From positions 1-64,000 of the forward strand of contig JAHLWZ010000605.1 of the NCBI GenBank assembly GCA_020536535.1: a stretch of DNA of 64,000 bases. Direction: 5' to 3'. Shown here piece after piece: positions 36,075-48,843 of the stretch (the first letter of the stretch is position 1; each line of letters opens with the position of its first letter). The translations under genes were made by a program, and so were the position numbers. Under the pieces are notes generated by a model. That model had not been told where the DNA came from and searched no databases. It saw only the letters and a list, made by a program, of their open reading frames with translations. The DNA comes from Pelomyxa schiedti (taxonomy: Eukaryota > Protista > Evosea).

Positions 36075-38568
36075 ATGGCGATGAGCCTTTGGTGCCAGAG
36101 TCTGGCAGAGCACGGGAGCTGTGCATCGAGTGCCTGTGCCAGTGGGACCGTGGGGAGCGGCCGCCATTCACACTGCGGGGTGGTGCACCGCGACACTGTG
36201 TATGTGTACGGCGGCCGCTGTGATGACGTCACTTTGGGTATGCCATTTCGAAAGGCGCGCACGCATTGCCTGTGGTTGCTTTTGCCACACTGTATATTTA
36301 GTGGGGGGCTTATGGGAATGAATAGGGGACGTGGTCTCGGCTGACCTGGCGCGGGCTTGCAGTAAAAACACTGTAGAATGGAAAGTGGTTGTCTGTCATG
36401 ACAGAGTTCTACCAAATCCAAGGCACAGTGCTTCGGCTGTTTTGCACAAGAATAAAATGTAAGGGGGCGTGGCACCTTAGGTGCAATACCAACAGGTTTT
36501 GTACAGGTATGTCTTTGGAGGTGCAACCAATGAGGGCTCTTCAAATGAACTTTTGGTATTCAACATACCCAAGAAGTTATGGTCAGTGATGTCTCCAAGT
36601 ACGGATTCACCTTGGCCGTCTGCACGGTTTGGACACTGTTCTGTTGCATATGGTGATTTTATGATTGTATATGGTGGAAATACTGATAATGCTTCTGTGC
36701 CCACTGGCTCCGAATTGTGGAAATTCAGCTTCAGAACTAAACAATGGTGCTGTCAAGCAATAGCCATGGAAGGCAGCAAATTATGTGAACTTCCACCTTC
36801 CCCAAACTTTCACTCTGGTGTGGTATTCAAAAATATCTTGTACGTACTGTCTCCTCTAAGGGGTTCCTCCACCTCCAACAGGTTTTTCCCCCCCTTCAAT
36901 TGTTTCACTCTTAGTTATTCCCTTTCTCAGCTGCAGCTACTGCATCAATCTCGACACGAACCAGCTTGAATTCACCAAGCACCCACCAAACTCACAGCTG
37001 GATATATTTGGCCACACTGCTCTCACTATAACAGAGGCGGGCCTCCTTCTTGTTCTTGGTGGATTCTCCTGGAGCACCAATCACGCCATCTCTACAGCTG
37101 CGGTCTTCAACGTCAATACAAACCAATGGAATTGTATGTATAAAACCTCATTCCACCTGTAACAGTCTTCTAAAGCTGTTAATTGTACTGGAGATTTCGA
37201 ACATATTTACTTTCACTTGAGTGTGTCTTGGAGAAGCAAGTCAGTATTAACCCTTCAGTCACTAGGACCAAATTCTAAGATTAAATTGAAGTATATTTGT
37301 TATTGGTGGAATTATTGACTCGCGGGAGAATTGTACCACGGGCCGATTTTGGAAGTGTTCTCTGAGTGGCCCTTCAGATCAATTGTCACTACTTCCAGGT
37401 ATACAGTTACCATTGTATTGAGTTAAATCAAGCCTGAGAATATCATCAGATGATATTCTTATGAATACGATTCGATGGCTTGCATTCAAGGACCTCATTT
37501 CTATTTCAAGAGTATTCCTCTTTTCAATGGTTCTGTTGTGACAACACTCAGGTGAACAAGAGATTTTACCAATTTTGTCAAAACGAAACCACACTAGCCT
37601 GTATTGCCAGATCTCACCACTTGGAGTTACCAGAATCCCTACCTGCTGATGTTGTAGAGCGTAGTAGGCATATCCGACAACTACTTCTTGCATTGACTAC
37701 GCCTGACTATTGCAAGTATGTGGTGTTGTATTAAACCAGTCCAACACTTGTAAGATGGTTACCTGTTTCAAACTTTTTCCTTCGAGAGCACCCCAAGTAC
37801 AAAATGCATGATGTGAGGGTTATGGTTTTTGGCTCCAAAGAAGTCGGCAAGTCCACTCTATGTGTGAGATTCTTTCATGGGGTTGGCACTTAATATTGAA
37901 GGCACGTTCTAATATAATTCAGATTTTTGTTGAAGTATTCCTCTTTGTTCAAAACCATACTTATACAGAATAAAAAAGAAAAAAGACCTCGATCTGTATG
38001 ATGGGCTCTACAAAATGTTTCCAGTAAGCACCAAAGGGTGGGTCACCACTTAACATCACAGATTGACGAACTTTTCATTCGCTTGAATGTTATAGATATG
38101 GAAGACACGGAGCAGTATGCTGCTCTATATTCTTTGTATATGAAGGTACTCCCAGTTCCATCGATTCTATCATTTTGTTTTTTAAGTCTCGTAGTCAAGT
38201 CAGGCTTTCATATTGTGCTACAATGCAGAAGTACCCGAGACTCTGAATTACCTCCATGACACTATCAAGAAAATTGAAGAAAATCAAGGACGCAAGTCGG
38301 TTCCAATGGTACTATGTGCATGCAGGTGTGACTCAGTGGAATCCAGAGAAGTCTCTACAGCTGCTGGTCTGCACTTTGCCTATGACCACTCAATTCCTGT
38401 GAGTTCCTGTTTTTTTCTGCCCTTTCGTGATACGAGTACTAGTTCTTGGAAACAAGCAGCAAGAACAATATAAATGTAGAGGCTGTCTTCTTGCAGGCAA
38501 TAAGGTGCTACCTCAACACCCAAGTGACAGGGGAAACCCCAAACCCAAGCAAATGTTCGTTGATGTAA
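36075..38568 (+). CDS. Kelch-repeat + F-box + divergent Ras-like GTPase fusion with CaaX
   Basis: Kelch motifs 'GRHSHCGVVHRDTVYVYGGR', 'YVFGG' and 'SARFGHCSVAYGDFMIVYGG'. F-box 'LSLLP|DDILMNTIRWLAFKDLISISR|VNKRFYQFCQ'. G-domain 'VMVFGSKEVGKSTLCVRF', 'VIDMEDTEQY', 'MVLCACRCD' and 'FLETSSK'. Ends in 'KCSLM*'. Confidence 0.8.
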
Positions 38569-38588
38569 AAACCCATTTCTCAGAAAAG

Positions 38589-40094
38589 ATGGCTCAAAGA
38601 TTCATCCCACGAGAGGAGTGGTTCCGGTTTGTTACCGGTCTCAGTGAAGTTGAGTTCCGTTCGAGCCTACAACAGGCGAACCAGCCACCAGACCCTCCAA
38701 TATTTTCAGTGTGTGGTGCTGCGGAACAAGCATCAGTACTTCTGCACCCTCGTAATGGCACCGAGTTGGGTGCCACACACGGAGATGGTGCCTGGAATTG
38801 TGGTCATCTCAAGGTGTTACAATTGTCTGAGTTGGAGCACACTGTAGGAACGGCCGTAAGGCCTGTGGCAGATTCTCCTACCAAGACTAGCGATCCACCG
38901 CTATTCGTAGTTGTCACTACGGCGGACAAGGTGCTTTATCTGTTTCAGTCAACTTTGTCAGTTCACTTCTTCCAAGTGCCAAGAGTCTCTAGCATATGTA
39001 GACGTTGCTGCTCTTCAAGCAAATCCCGCCAATAGGGGAGCCCTCTTCCAGGTGGCTTCAAACTTCAATGCTGTTGAAGGTTACCTTTTTTTCCCCCCTG
39101 TCACATTTCTTATACTGTCAGGTACTTCCGAGGATGTGAGCCCAACGTCACCCAACTTCGTGGGTATTCAGGCATCTTTCTCAATGCACTTCCTTTTGAC
39201 TCGTTGGCAGAGGAGTATATCTATGATAGAACTCAGGGTCCCGCGGCATCTATAAGTGCAGCACCAGCGGGTATTGCAAGAGTTTACGCCGCATTTGCAT
39301 CGAACTCTACTCCCATAAGTGAATGGGCCCAAACAGAGTCAAGGCAAATAAACCTGCTTGACAATCCCGACATCGCGCAGCATCTTCCAACCCAAAATGG
39401 CTATGTAGTAATTCCTCCACCTCAGCCAGATTCTCCCGCATTTCCCCAGCCACAGTCCCCAGAATTCTTGTCCCTACTATCAAAATGCAAAGTGGCCCTC
39501 CACCAGAACGTCAGGGTAGTTTTTGGGTCCTCCACCAATCCAAATGGACTTCCGGTCATCTCTGATTCAACACAGTGCGTTGACCAAGTATTCTGCGCTG
39601 CTGTCAATATTTCACAAGGTTACTCTGGAAGGATGAACGGAAGGAGCACCAATATTGAGGAAAAATGCAAGCTGGCTCTGCGCTGTGCATTTGATGGCGC
39701 GTATCTGTGCGCGATTGCCGAAGGCAAGACCCAACTCTTTCTGTGTCTAATTGGAGCTGGAGCCTTTGGAAATCCTTTAGATTGGTAAGCTGTTCTGTGC
39801 GTTACTGAAAGATACTTATTTTACCGAATTCGTAGGGTATGGGAAGCCATGATATCTGCGCACCTGAGGTGGTCTTCACATCCTAACTCCAAGCTAAAAA
39901 CCGTGTGGTTGCCTCTTTTCAGCTCTGGATCTTTTGTTCGTGGACTGATCGTCCAAGATCTGCTTGATAAACAGGTTAATGTTCTTCCCCCCATGTCAAA
40001 CACCCACCATAAAACCAATCATCATTTGAAGGTACCGTTTGAATGGAGAGTGGTAACAAACGGAACTACCGCACTGCAGGCACATTACCCATAG
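38589..40094 (+). CDS. Uncharacterised macrodomain/PARG-like protein
   Basis: 'WFRFVTGLSE', 'ALFQVASNFNAVE', 'YIYDRTQGPAASISAAPAGIARVY', 'VDQVFCAAV' and 'LFLCLIGAGAFGNP'. The last resembles the macrodomain diphosphate-binding loop. Confidence 0.6.
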
Positions 40095-40522
40095 AAGAAA
40101 CGAGATCTGTCCAGATGTGTCGCTGTGTTGCGCGAGATCCAGATCTGAATAATCGTAATTAATATGCCAAATCCGAAGTACGGGCAACGCCAAAAAGAAA
40201 CAAAATCCTTCATTCTGGCAAAAAATTAGCAAATGATGAAGAAGGCGTTCAACAAGCACATGAAGACCAAGTCGTCCTCTGGCATCACACGCAAAGGCAT
40301 GCATGCAATCTATACACGTTCATTGAACTTTGTAGTCGTCGTTGTCGAGTCGTTCCTCTCTCTTTTTTTTTTTTTTTTTCTTTCTTTTAATTTTGTTTTG
40401 TGTGGCTATTGGTTTTTGGTAACTGTGTGTATCTAGCAGAGGACGATTTGGTCCCCACTGGGAGTCCTTTAAATAACAGTGCCCCTGTCGGTGCCGCACT
40501 AGGGGTTTCCACTTCGTTTGTT

Positions 40523-43388
40523 ATGAGTGCACCCACCCACAACAAACGAGGAACGCCGCGTTCACAATCTCTTACTGACACCGTCACAGTTCCGGCACCT
40601 ACAGGTTTCTTCCTTTAATCTATGCTTTAGTATTTTTGCTCCCTGCCCTGAGACATGTTTTTCTTTTTCATTCTTACGATTACACTGTAGTGGATGTAAC
40701 GTGTCCAATTTGCTACGAACAGTACTCCAAACAAGCGCCAAAGATCCCTCGCGTGTTGTCATGCGGACATTATTTTTGTGAAGGTCTGAACAAAAACCCA
40801 CCCTGTATTTTCACAAGGCAACACCTAGTTGCACCTCCACCATAAATCTGAAAGTTAAAAGAGTGTCTGGATCTTGTGTGCACTGCAAGTAATCACGCCA
40901 TATTTTGTATTACATGCAAACAGCAAACACTTATACCAACTGCTGGGCTTTCAGGTTTACCAGTATGCAATTCCATACTAGAAGCAGGTTGCATTTTTTT
41001 TTTTTTACCTTGGTACACACTAAGCCCACACCCATAGCAGCACTCCAAAAATCAAATGCCGCAAACATCCCCACCTCAGTCACGCCACCTTGCACTCCCG
41101 TGGTTTCTTCTGGGCTCAATTCTGCTTCACCTCCTCCCTCCCCGGCCATGGCCACAACCCAACCGCTTCTATCCATCGATTCCACGGATACCGTAAGCGT
41201 AGTTGGCACTGGACACAATGTTTCCGCCATTTGTGAGGAATGCAAAGTCAGGAACGCTACGGTCTATTGTTATAACTGCCCAGGCTCGCTATGCACTGAT
41301 TGTTGCAACGCTTCGCATGTGTCTACTCTACAACAGAGACACCAAAGAGTAAGCATCACCGCTACTCATACAATATGGTAACGGAATCCCATTTTAGGTT
41401 CCTGTTCAGCACGTTCCGAAAAGGAGGTTCTATTGTAAAGAACATCCCAGCCACTCTCTCGATCTATACTGCCAAAATGAGCAAACACTTGTTTGTCCAA
41501 TGTGCTCGGTGGTTGGGTAGTTACTCAATTTCAAAACTGAGGTCTCATCGAATTTAGATCACATCGTGGACATAATGTCTGTGGTATCGAGGAAGCAGCC
41601 TCAGAAATGCGGGAAAAACTTGGTGAGACATTAAAGGAATCTCAGGAAACACTGTCGTCTCTCAAAGATTCATATTCCTCACTTTGTGACCTGTGTGCTA
41701 CCAGTGAGTCTGCAATTGAAAAAGCCTCACTTAAAATACAGGTAATCTCTTTTCATTGTAGTGCCAAAATCCAATAGCACCAAGGATTTCTTTGCCCAAA
41801 TATGTAAAGCGGCGGCAGAGAGAGAAGCAGAACTATTAGCAGAGGTTGTGAAGCAATCAGAGATAAATACTCTTCGTGGTCAAGTCGATGCTGTTGCCTC
41901 AGATATAAGTTCTTTAAAAAGAGTTGTGGCGGAGAGTCGGACATTGCTCACAGGCACAAGTGATTTGGAGCTCTTGTGGGAGAAAGAGTCCCTTATTGAA
42001 AAACTGAAAATGGCAACCACAACACAGTCTACTAAGCCTTGTTTAAATAGTACGCTTAATACCTTTAATCATCTTGTGAATGTAATCTAACTTGCATCAG
42101 AGGTTCCACTTGTACAGTTGACCGACATTACACAAAGCATAAAGGGAGTTGGGGAGATTTTCATGAGACTATGTTCTCTGAACTTGGGAAGTGGGAAAGA
42201 CGGCGCACTGGTGAGCGTCAAGCACGACTCCCCCTTTTCACTCCTTTGCATCGAATGCACGTTCACGCTTCTGCAGATTGTGTCTAGCCATATCGTGCTT
42301 GACTCCGATCGGTGGTATGAGTTTTCGTCAGTGACGGTCACTAAGACCGGCATTCTCACAGCCCAGGCCTGGGATGGGACAACCAAAGGAAATTTCCAAA
42401 TCAGAGTATGCTCACAGCAGAAATCTTTTATGCAAACTCTGTCTTAGGTGTTAAACACCCTTAAAATTGAACAGGGTGGCGTTATTCATATGACTGGAAA
42501 AGGTATCTCCATTTTTCTTGAAACGTACTCAAATAAAATGACAGGCTATCTTGGTGGTGGTTTCGTCACCGAATCAACTCAGGGAGTTGCTTTCCAGGTT
42601 TGCTTTCTCAAAAACAACCCTTGTTTATTTTATTTGTAGGGCGAGTCGACTTGGGGAGTGGGACAACAAGCTACAGAAGCAAACGGTGGCGGCGGAGGTG
42701 GAGGAACTGCCCACCCTGACCATGGAACCACCGGTGGGGGTGGTGGCGGCCATGGAGTATCTGGCTGCAATTCTGAGTTGACTTCTACCGCTGAAGATGT
42801 TATAGGAGGGTCTGGGGGACTACCTTATGGGACACCTGATCTCTCCCCGCCACACATGGGGGCTGGAGGTGGTTCAGGTCATCCATTTTGTGCAGGTTCC
42901 GAACATGCAACCTTTATCCTCCATTCTCATTTTGCTTTCTAGACACAACATCACAGCAACAAGCAGAAAATCCTCAGGAATCTGAGAACACCCTCCGAGG
43001 AAGAGGTGGGTGTGGCGGAGGTATTCTATGCATATGTTCTACAAGGATAGACAATTCCGGAATCATTGTCTGTGATGGTGCTCCCGGTGAGCCTGCAACA
43101 CCACAGACTTTTGGTTCTGGTGGAGGTGGTGGGGCTGGTGGAAGTATATGGATTCAAACAGAGGTTGGTCTTATCCACACTCCGTGCATATATGACATCA
43201 ACTAGGTTTTGCACAACGACGGGCTGATATCTTGCAGTGGAGGGGAAGGTGGTGCCTGTGGCAATCCCAACACCGGACTATGTGGAAATGGCGGAATGGG
43301 TGCTTGTGGCAGGATAAGACTGGATACCCTTACTACGGAAGGGCAAGGCGCAGTCCTACCAGAGCCCCACACAAAAAAACTAGCCTAA
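40523..43388 (+). CDS. TRIM/RBCC-type E3 ligase (RING, two B-boxes, coiled coil) with C-terminal glycine-rich domain
   Basis: RING 'CPICYEQY...PRVLSCGHYFCE..CL...CITC'. B-box 'CEECKVRNATVYCYNCPGSLCTDCC..SH...RH'. B-box 2 'CKEHPSH..DLYCQ...VCPMC..H.GH'. Gly-rich motifs 'GGGGGGG', 'MGAGGGSG', 'GGCGGGIL', 'GGGGGAGGSIWI' and 'GRIRLD'. Confidence 0.85.
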
Positions 43389-43952
43389 GTGTTAAATAGT
43401 TTTAGTTTTGCGGTGTACTTGATTCTTGAAGTATGGGCCAAGTTACTTTGGGTCGGTAGACTCATAAATGTCTCTGGAACTTCGCTCAGTGGCTAGGTTA
43501 TCGGCGCGGCGAGCACTTCCATGTGTTGTTGGGTGCAGCAGCATAGCCATCCTCGCGCTCCTCCAAGTTGTCGTGGTCGTCGGTGGTCCTCAACAGCCAT
43601 ACGATGTTCATGGAAATAGAACAATCTGTCCCATAACGCCCGAGTGGAAAGTGGGTAGCCAATAAATAAGCACAGTTAATGGCTCCAATTTTTGGGTGGT
43701 TTGCTCTCATGTGTCAGGGTGCGGGGCACAACATGACTCCTCTTTCTTTGTGCCCTATAATCGCTCAATAAAAACCTGGCTCTGGATCTGACCCTTGTTC
43801 TGCTGGCTGTTCTCTTGAACCAACTTCTCAAAACTTCCCCTGATACACAACCAAATTCCCCTTTTTTTGGTTGGTTGGAGTACGTGGCATTTACCATGGT
43901 ACTGGTGGTTTTGAGTGTTTACAATCTTTTTTTGTTGTGTTAATAGACTCAA

Positions 43953-46900
43953 CTAGTTCCTGCTTTTGGGGGGCACCATCATCATCTGCAAGGGAATGCT
44001 ACCAGGAGGGGGAGTGAAGGCGGCCATTCTCAGTGTTCTGTGCTTGGCCCTCTGGTTTGTCCTAAGTCTGAATGTGTTACCACTGCTGAGTTGTTCCATC
44101 ATTTCTTGCATGGCATCACGTGTGTTGGTCGGACCGGCTGCTGGGGGCGGGGATGGGGTTCTAGCCGGCGGGGGTGTCTTGGCGTCAGGGGTTGTGGTAC
44201 GCACCGGCGTGAGTCGGTTGCTTGCGCCGGAAGAAATCCCAGGCCGGCGCTGCTCTAGCTGGTGGTGGGTGAGTTTATGCGTGGCTATAAAGGTGAGGGG
44301 AACATACAGCCCTCTTTTCGGCAGCTTCTTTTTGCCTTTCGGCCATTTCTAGTTGCTTCTTTGTGGTCTAGTGGAATGGCCAGTTAGTCTAAGGTAAGGC
44401 GAAGTTGTTCCATACCTCCACAAGTGAAATAATGTCATGGACCGTCTTGAAGAATTCCTCTGGTGTTGTTGTATCAGGTTCACCAAACGAAAGGGAAAGG
44501 TCCTTGAATTCCTTCTGTGCTGCGTCAAATGTAGATTGTAGCTGGACACACTGAGCAACAGCACCAGAAATGAGAGGCTAGAACAGAACTTAGAAGATAA
44601 GGAAATGAGAAAAGAAATGAACCGGTATAGTGCTGTTGAACACATCCTCAGGGCCAAGGGTTCGTGATTTTAAACAAACATCAACATCCAGTGATGCCTG
44701 TGCTGAATCTCGCCGGAGGGTCTTAATTGACTCTTGTATTGATGTAAAACTAACTGTAAAACTAGTAGTTACAAAAGGTTTTTGGCTGAAAGTATTGCCA
44801 AACCCGACAGTGCCTGATGAACGGAACCCAGATCCGCAGTAAACTGCAGTACATCAGCTTCTGTACGACTTACATACGAAATTAAATATTGGAATAGATT
44901 TCCACTATTATCTTGGTTTTTTGTATCTGCCATCTTGTTTGCAATTAGATTCGAATAAATTGTATGTAGAAGGCAACTTTTGATATACTCTCTAACTTGA
45001 AACCACCAGCATTGCCTTTGGGGGTGCCTTCATTCAGGAAGTTGCCCAACTGCAAGACATACTCCAAAAAGCGTAAAAACTTGGGACTTTTCATGTCTGC
45101 TATTGCAGAGTTGATTGTCTTCAGATTCTATGAAGACAGTCACCAAAAAAGAATAACGGTGACTTCTATACATTGGAGATCTCCTTGACGATGGGGGGCA
45201 CTTTTGTAGTGAATGATATGCATGATAGACGCTCCTGGAAACAAGGAATGCTGCTGATCTACAAAGGGTTATTGGTAATCCATGAAGATAGTTTAACCTC
45301 GAGTAAGTAAAGCTCTGGTTCACCAAGAAGAGATTGGTCTCCGCCACCTGATAGGTACGCCTGAATACTTTCGACCTAGGGAATTAAGCCCAAACGAAAG
45401 AGAGACTGTAACAGTGCACTTCTTGAACTGTAGGAGCATTCTCAATAAGCCTTGCTGTACTTTCTGGTGTTAGGACATCTTTGTTGCAAGCCAGGATGGC
45501 ATTCTTTATGCCTTTTCTATCTCGCACAGCAAAAGTCCTCAAGAAAACTCCTAAATAAAAGTGCCATGTTATGAGGTTCAATCCAAACAACTAGTCGCAC
45601 TCACCAAGGTTCTGACTCCTCTTGGAATCTATTATACTTACAGCTTTTGGCGCTTTGGCTGCAAAGGTGGTGAATTGGGAAAAGAAAAAAAGGGGGGAAG
45701 TTTGTTACAAGCAGGCGAGCTAGGAGTGGTCGGCTTTGTTGACTTTGCCGGAGCTTTGCAGAAGAGCTTTTCTATTTCCGCAAAATTGAAAGTAGCCTCC
45801 TGTATTTGTGTTAGCACTTCGAAGGATTGGTAGGAACAAACTGGTTTCCCACTTGGAGTGGAAAAAATTGTTTTGGCTACTTGAGCATTTGGAATTTTCG
45901 TCCAATGGAAGTTCTTTACTAAAACTGATGAGCCAAAGAATTATCTTGGAGTTAATGGTACCAGGCACAGACGGTTTCTGTTTGCGAGATCTTTTGACAC
46001 CTCCTAGTAAGCCAGGAGGAGGTGGTGGCGGTGGAGCCCCTGGACCTGGAGGTGGCGGTGGAGGAGGTGGGGGAGCAGAAGAGTCTGTCGAGGAAGCATC
46101 ACCCTTGGGTGTGGGTGGTGGAGTGGGACTCCGCCTTGGAGTAGTCTTATGCCCTTCAACTGCTTCCGAATCTGGAGATGATTCTGCCGAAACGCGAAGC
46201 TTAATTGCGGATGCACCCTTTCCGGGTGGAGGTGGTGGGGGAGGGGGAGCAGGAGCATTTTCCGAAGCTGGTGATCCTGCAGAATAATTTAAGGAAACAG
46301 GAAACCGTTCAGAAGAAGTACGAGAGGAGTCATTGCTTGATACTTTAGTGCCAAGTTCAGCTTGTGCCGAAGTGAGTTGAAGTTTGGTCTGTGCTAGCTC
46401 CTCCTTAGTACTGGCAAGTTGGTGTTTCAGAGATTCGAGATCACGAGTGAGGGAGCCAAGGGCCCTAGAGGGTTCTATTAGAGCGCGTAGTAACAGTAGC
46501 AAGGTACTGTTCAAGGTTCGAACATTTCTGTCTTTCTGCAACCAGAAGAGAAGAACTCGCATCAGAGGAATTTGCCGCATCGGCTATAACTTGCTCCAAT
46601 CTTTTCGAAACTTCCTCATATTTACGTTTCATAGCATCGTAGTTCAGTTTATCATCCACTCCAGTTAGCAAATCTTCTAGATGTACAGTACTGCCTGTGG
46701 GGAAGTTTCAGTTTTCATCCGAAGTCGTGACTGAGTTCATACCATCATCTAAGGAGATGGCAGACTTCTGCATGGCTATTTGGGAAAGCATCCTAGATAC
46801 AAGAACCCAGAGTCGCATCCTTTTTCAACCCGTTATATTGGAATAGAAATAGCAAGAACATACCCTGTATCAGGGTGTAGAGGAAGGGAACAAAGGCTTT

Positions 46901-48557
46901 GAAGAATGCTCATTAGCAACGGATGCAAGTGATTTCCCAAAAGAGTGTCATTAAGGAAATGTACCATAGCCACACAATCACTGAAAAATATTATGGGTGA
47001 ATAAAACAAGAAAAAGAATACTTGAGATTCACATCCGCAGCTTTATTAAGTTCAGCAAGTTCAGCTTGGTCTTCTTCGTGGTCAGCAATAAATGCTTCAA
47101 CCTGAGCTTTTAATTCAGGGCTCGTTTCCCGATTCTCTCTAACAGCCTGTTGAATAATTAACTTATGAAAGCAAAAGTGTTTTAAGAATACCTCAAAAAT
47201 ACTAAGCACACCAAGACGCAGGAAGTCATTTCTGATCTCAACTCTCTCATCCACATCTTGAGTTGAACTAATCAACGAATTCACCAATGTAAGAGCAGTG
47301 ACCTCTCAAAAGATGAGTTAAGAGAAATAGTAAAGTGCAGCAGTACTTTGACAGACAAGTCGGGATCATGTCTGATACAATCCACAAGAAGGGTGAATCG
47401 TATGCGCTCTCTCATAGTATACTTGTAATTAGAAAATGATTCTAGAACAAGTTTTGGCCCCTGAAAGTAACCATTACAAAAAAGTTCACAAACACCCTCC
47501 CATACTAGATCGTGGAACATGGTCATTAATGAAAGAATTTCAAAAAGTAGTTTTTTCGTGGCAGAGTCTGAGTCGACAAGGCAAAGTGCGAGATGGTTAA
47601 CAGAATCTTTTGTACTTGCCATTTCATCTCTCCCTGAAAATGAAGGTAGACTGACGAAAAGAAATAAATGAAATTACCTTCTGGGGTTGCTAAAAGCATT
47701 TTTAAGCACTGCACACACTCAAGCCTGAACTCAAGAAATTCTCCTCTTGGTCTCTCTCTGTGCTTTTCATGCTCGTGGAATAAGAGATTGAGCAAAACTG
47801 GCATGCCTTTCAGTTCTCGAAACGACAGAGCCCACTCGGCAGGTTGGGTGTGAAGACAGGCTCCTATTGTTGTGAGAAAAAAAAAATGTAAGCTCTTAGG
47901 TCCACACTTAGGTCCGTGACGACGAGAACGGTTGGCTCTGCCTGTAATTTGATAATGAAATATCTTGGTGTAAGACGCTCAGATATGCCCGTGAACATGG
48001 TGTCAACATTTTCTCTATGCATTTGAATGAAGTGCCATTTAGATTCCCGGGCCATGGACTTGCTCATGTCATCAATTTGAGCTTTATCAAAGCCCAATTC
48101 TTCAAGTAAATTCGTGAACAAGAATTGCAATTCCTTGTCATCAGGAATTCCGTTCTCCTCATTCATATCAGAGGTTGTGGAGGCAGCTCGAGATCTCATC
48201 TTTTTCCTCTCTTCCTCTCTTTCTTTCTGCAGCTGTTTAGCCAATTTCTTTTCTCTCTCGACAGCCTTCTCCAGCTAAAAGAAATGTCAAGGGGGAGTTG
48301 GAAGGTTTTTTTGTTGTTGTTGTTTTAATTTAACGAGTAAACCCTACCTCCTGCCTTTCCCTCAGCCTCACTTTTTCCCTCCGTTTTTCGTCTTCTTTGG
48401 CCATTTGTTCTTGCTTCTTTCTGGCCTTGTCAGTTAAAGGTGACCCCAATGCTGACGAAGTCAATGATGACGAGGAAGAAGACGAAGACGAAGAAAGTGG
48501 TGCGCCACTGGCAGCGGGTGACGTCACTGAAGTACTCGAAGTCGTCAGTTTGGACAT
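43953..48557 (-). CDS. Diaphanous-related formin (GBD/FH3-FH1-FH2-DAD)
   Basis: 'LFTNLLEELG...ESKWHFI', 'ERVEIRNDFLRLG', poly-Pro FH1 at about 46010-46260, FH2 'FLNEGTPKGNAGGFKL', and DAD-like 'AMQEMMEQLSSGNTFRLR'. Confidence 0.9.
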
Positions 48558-48843
48558 TTTGTTGTCTTTTGTCGCTAATACGGCAGCGCTACGTCGTTAC
48601 GTCGGTTCGCGTACGGGTAGTTATTTTTTTTTATTTTCTAAAGAGTCAAAAATTTGTCGTTTGATGTTGGGTTGTCACTAATTTGCGCTTTAGTATCGGA
48701 TACCCAAAGCAGGCAACAACAATTTGTTGTTGTAGATTGATGGGCTCTCAGTAAGGAACAACAAGCCTCAACAATAAAAAACCCCACAGTTTTCACAGTA
48801 AAAATTACAACTTTGGTTCTCAGCAGCTCACCACACCCCTCAT

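Noticed and set aside
40233-40436. Small basic ORF 'MMKKAFNKHMKTKSSSG...'
   Set aside because: It has no recognisable homology, runs into poly-T, and is probably UTR or intergenic.
43468-43952. Short ORFs between the TRIM and formin 3' ends
   Set aside because: I could not build a coherent spliced gene or find a motif there.
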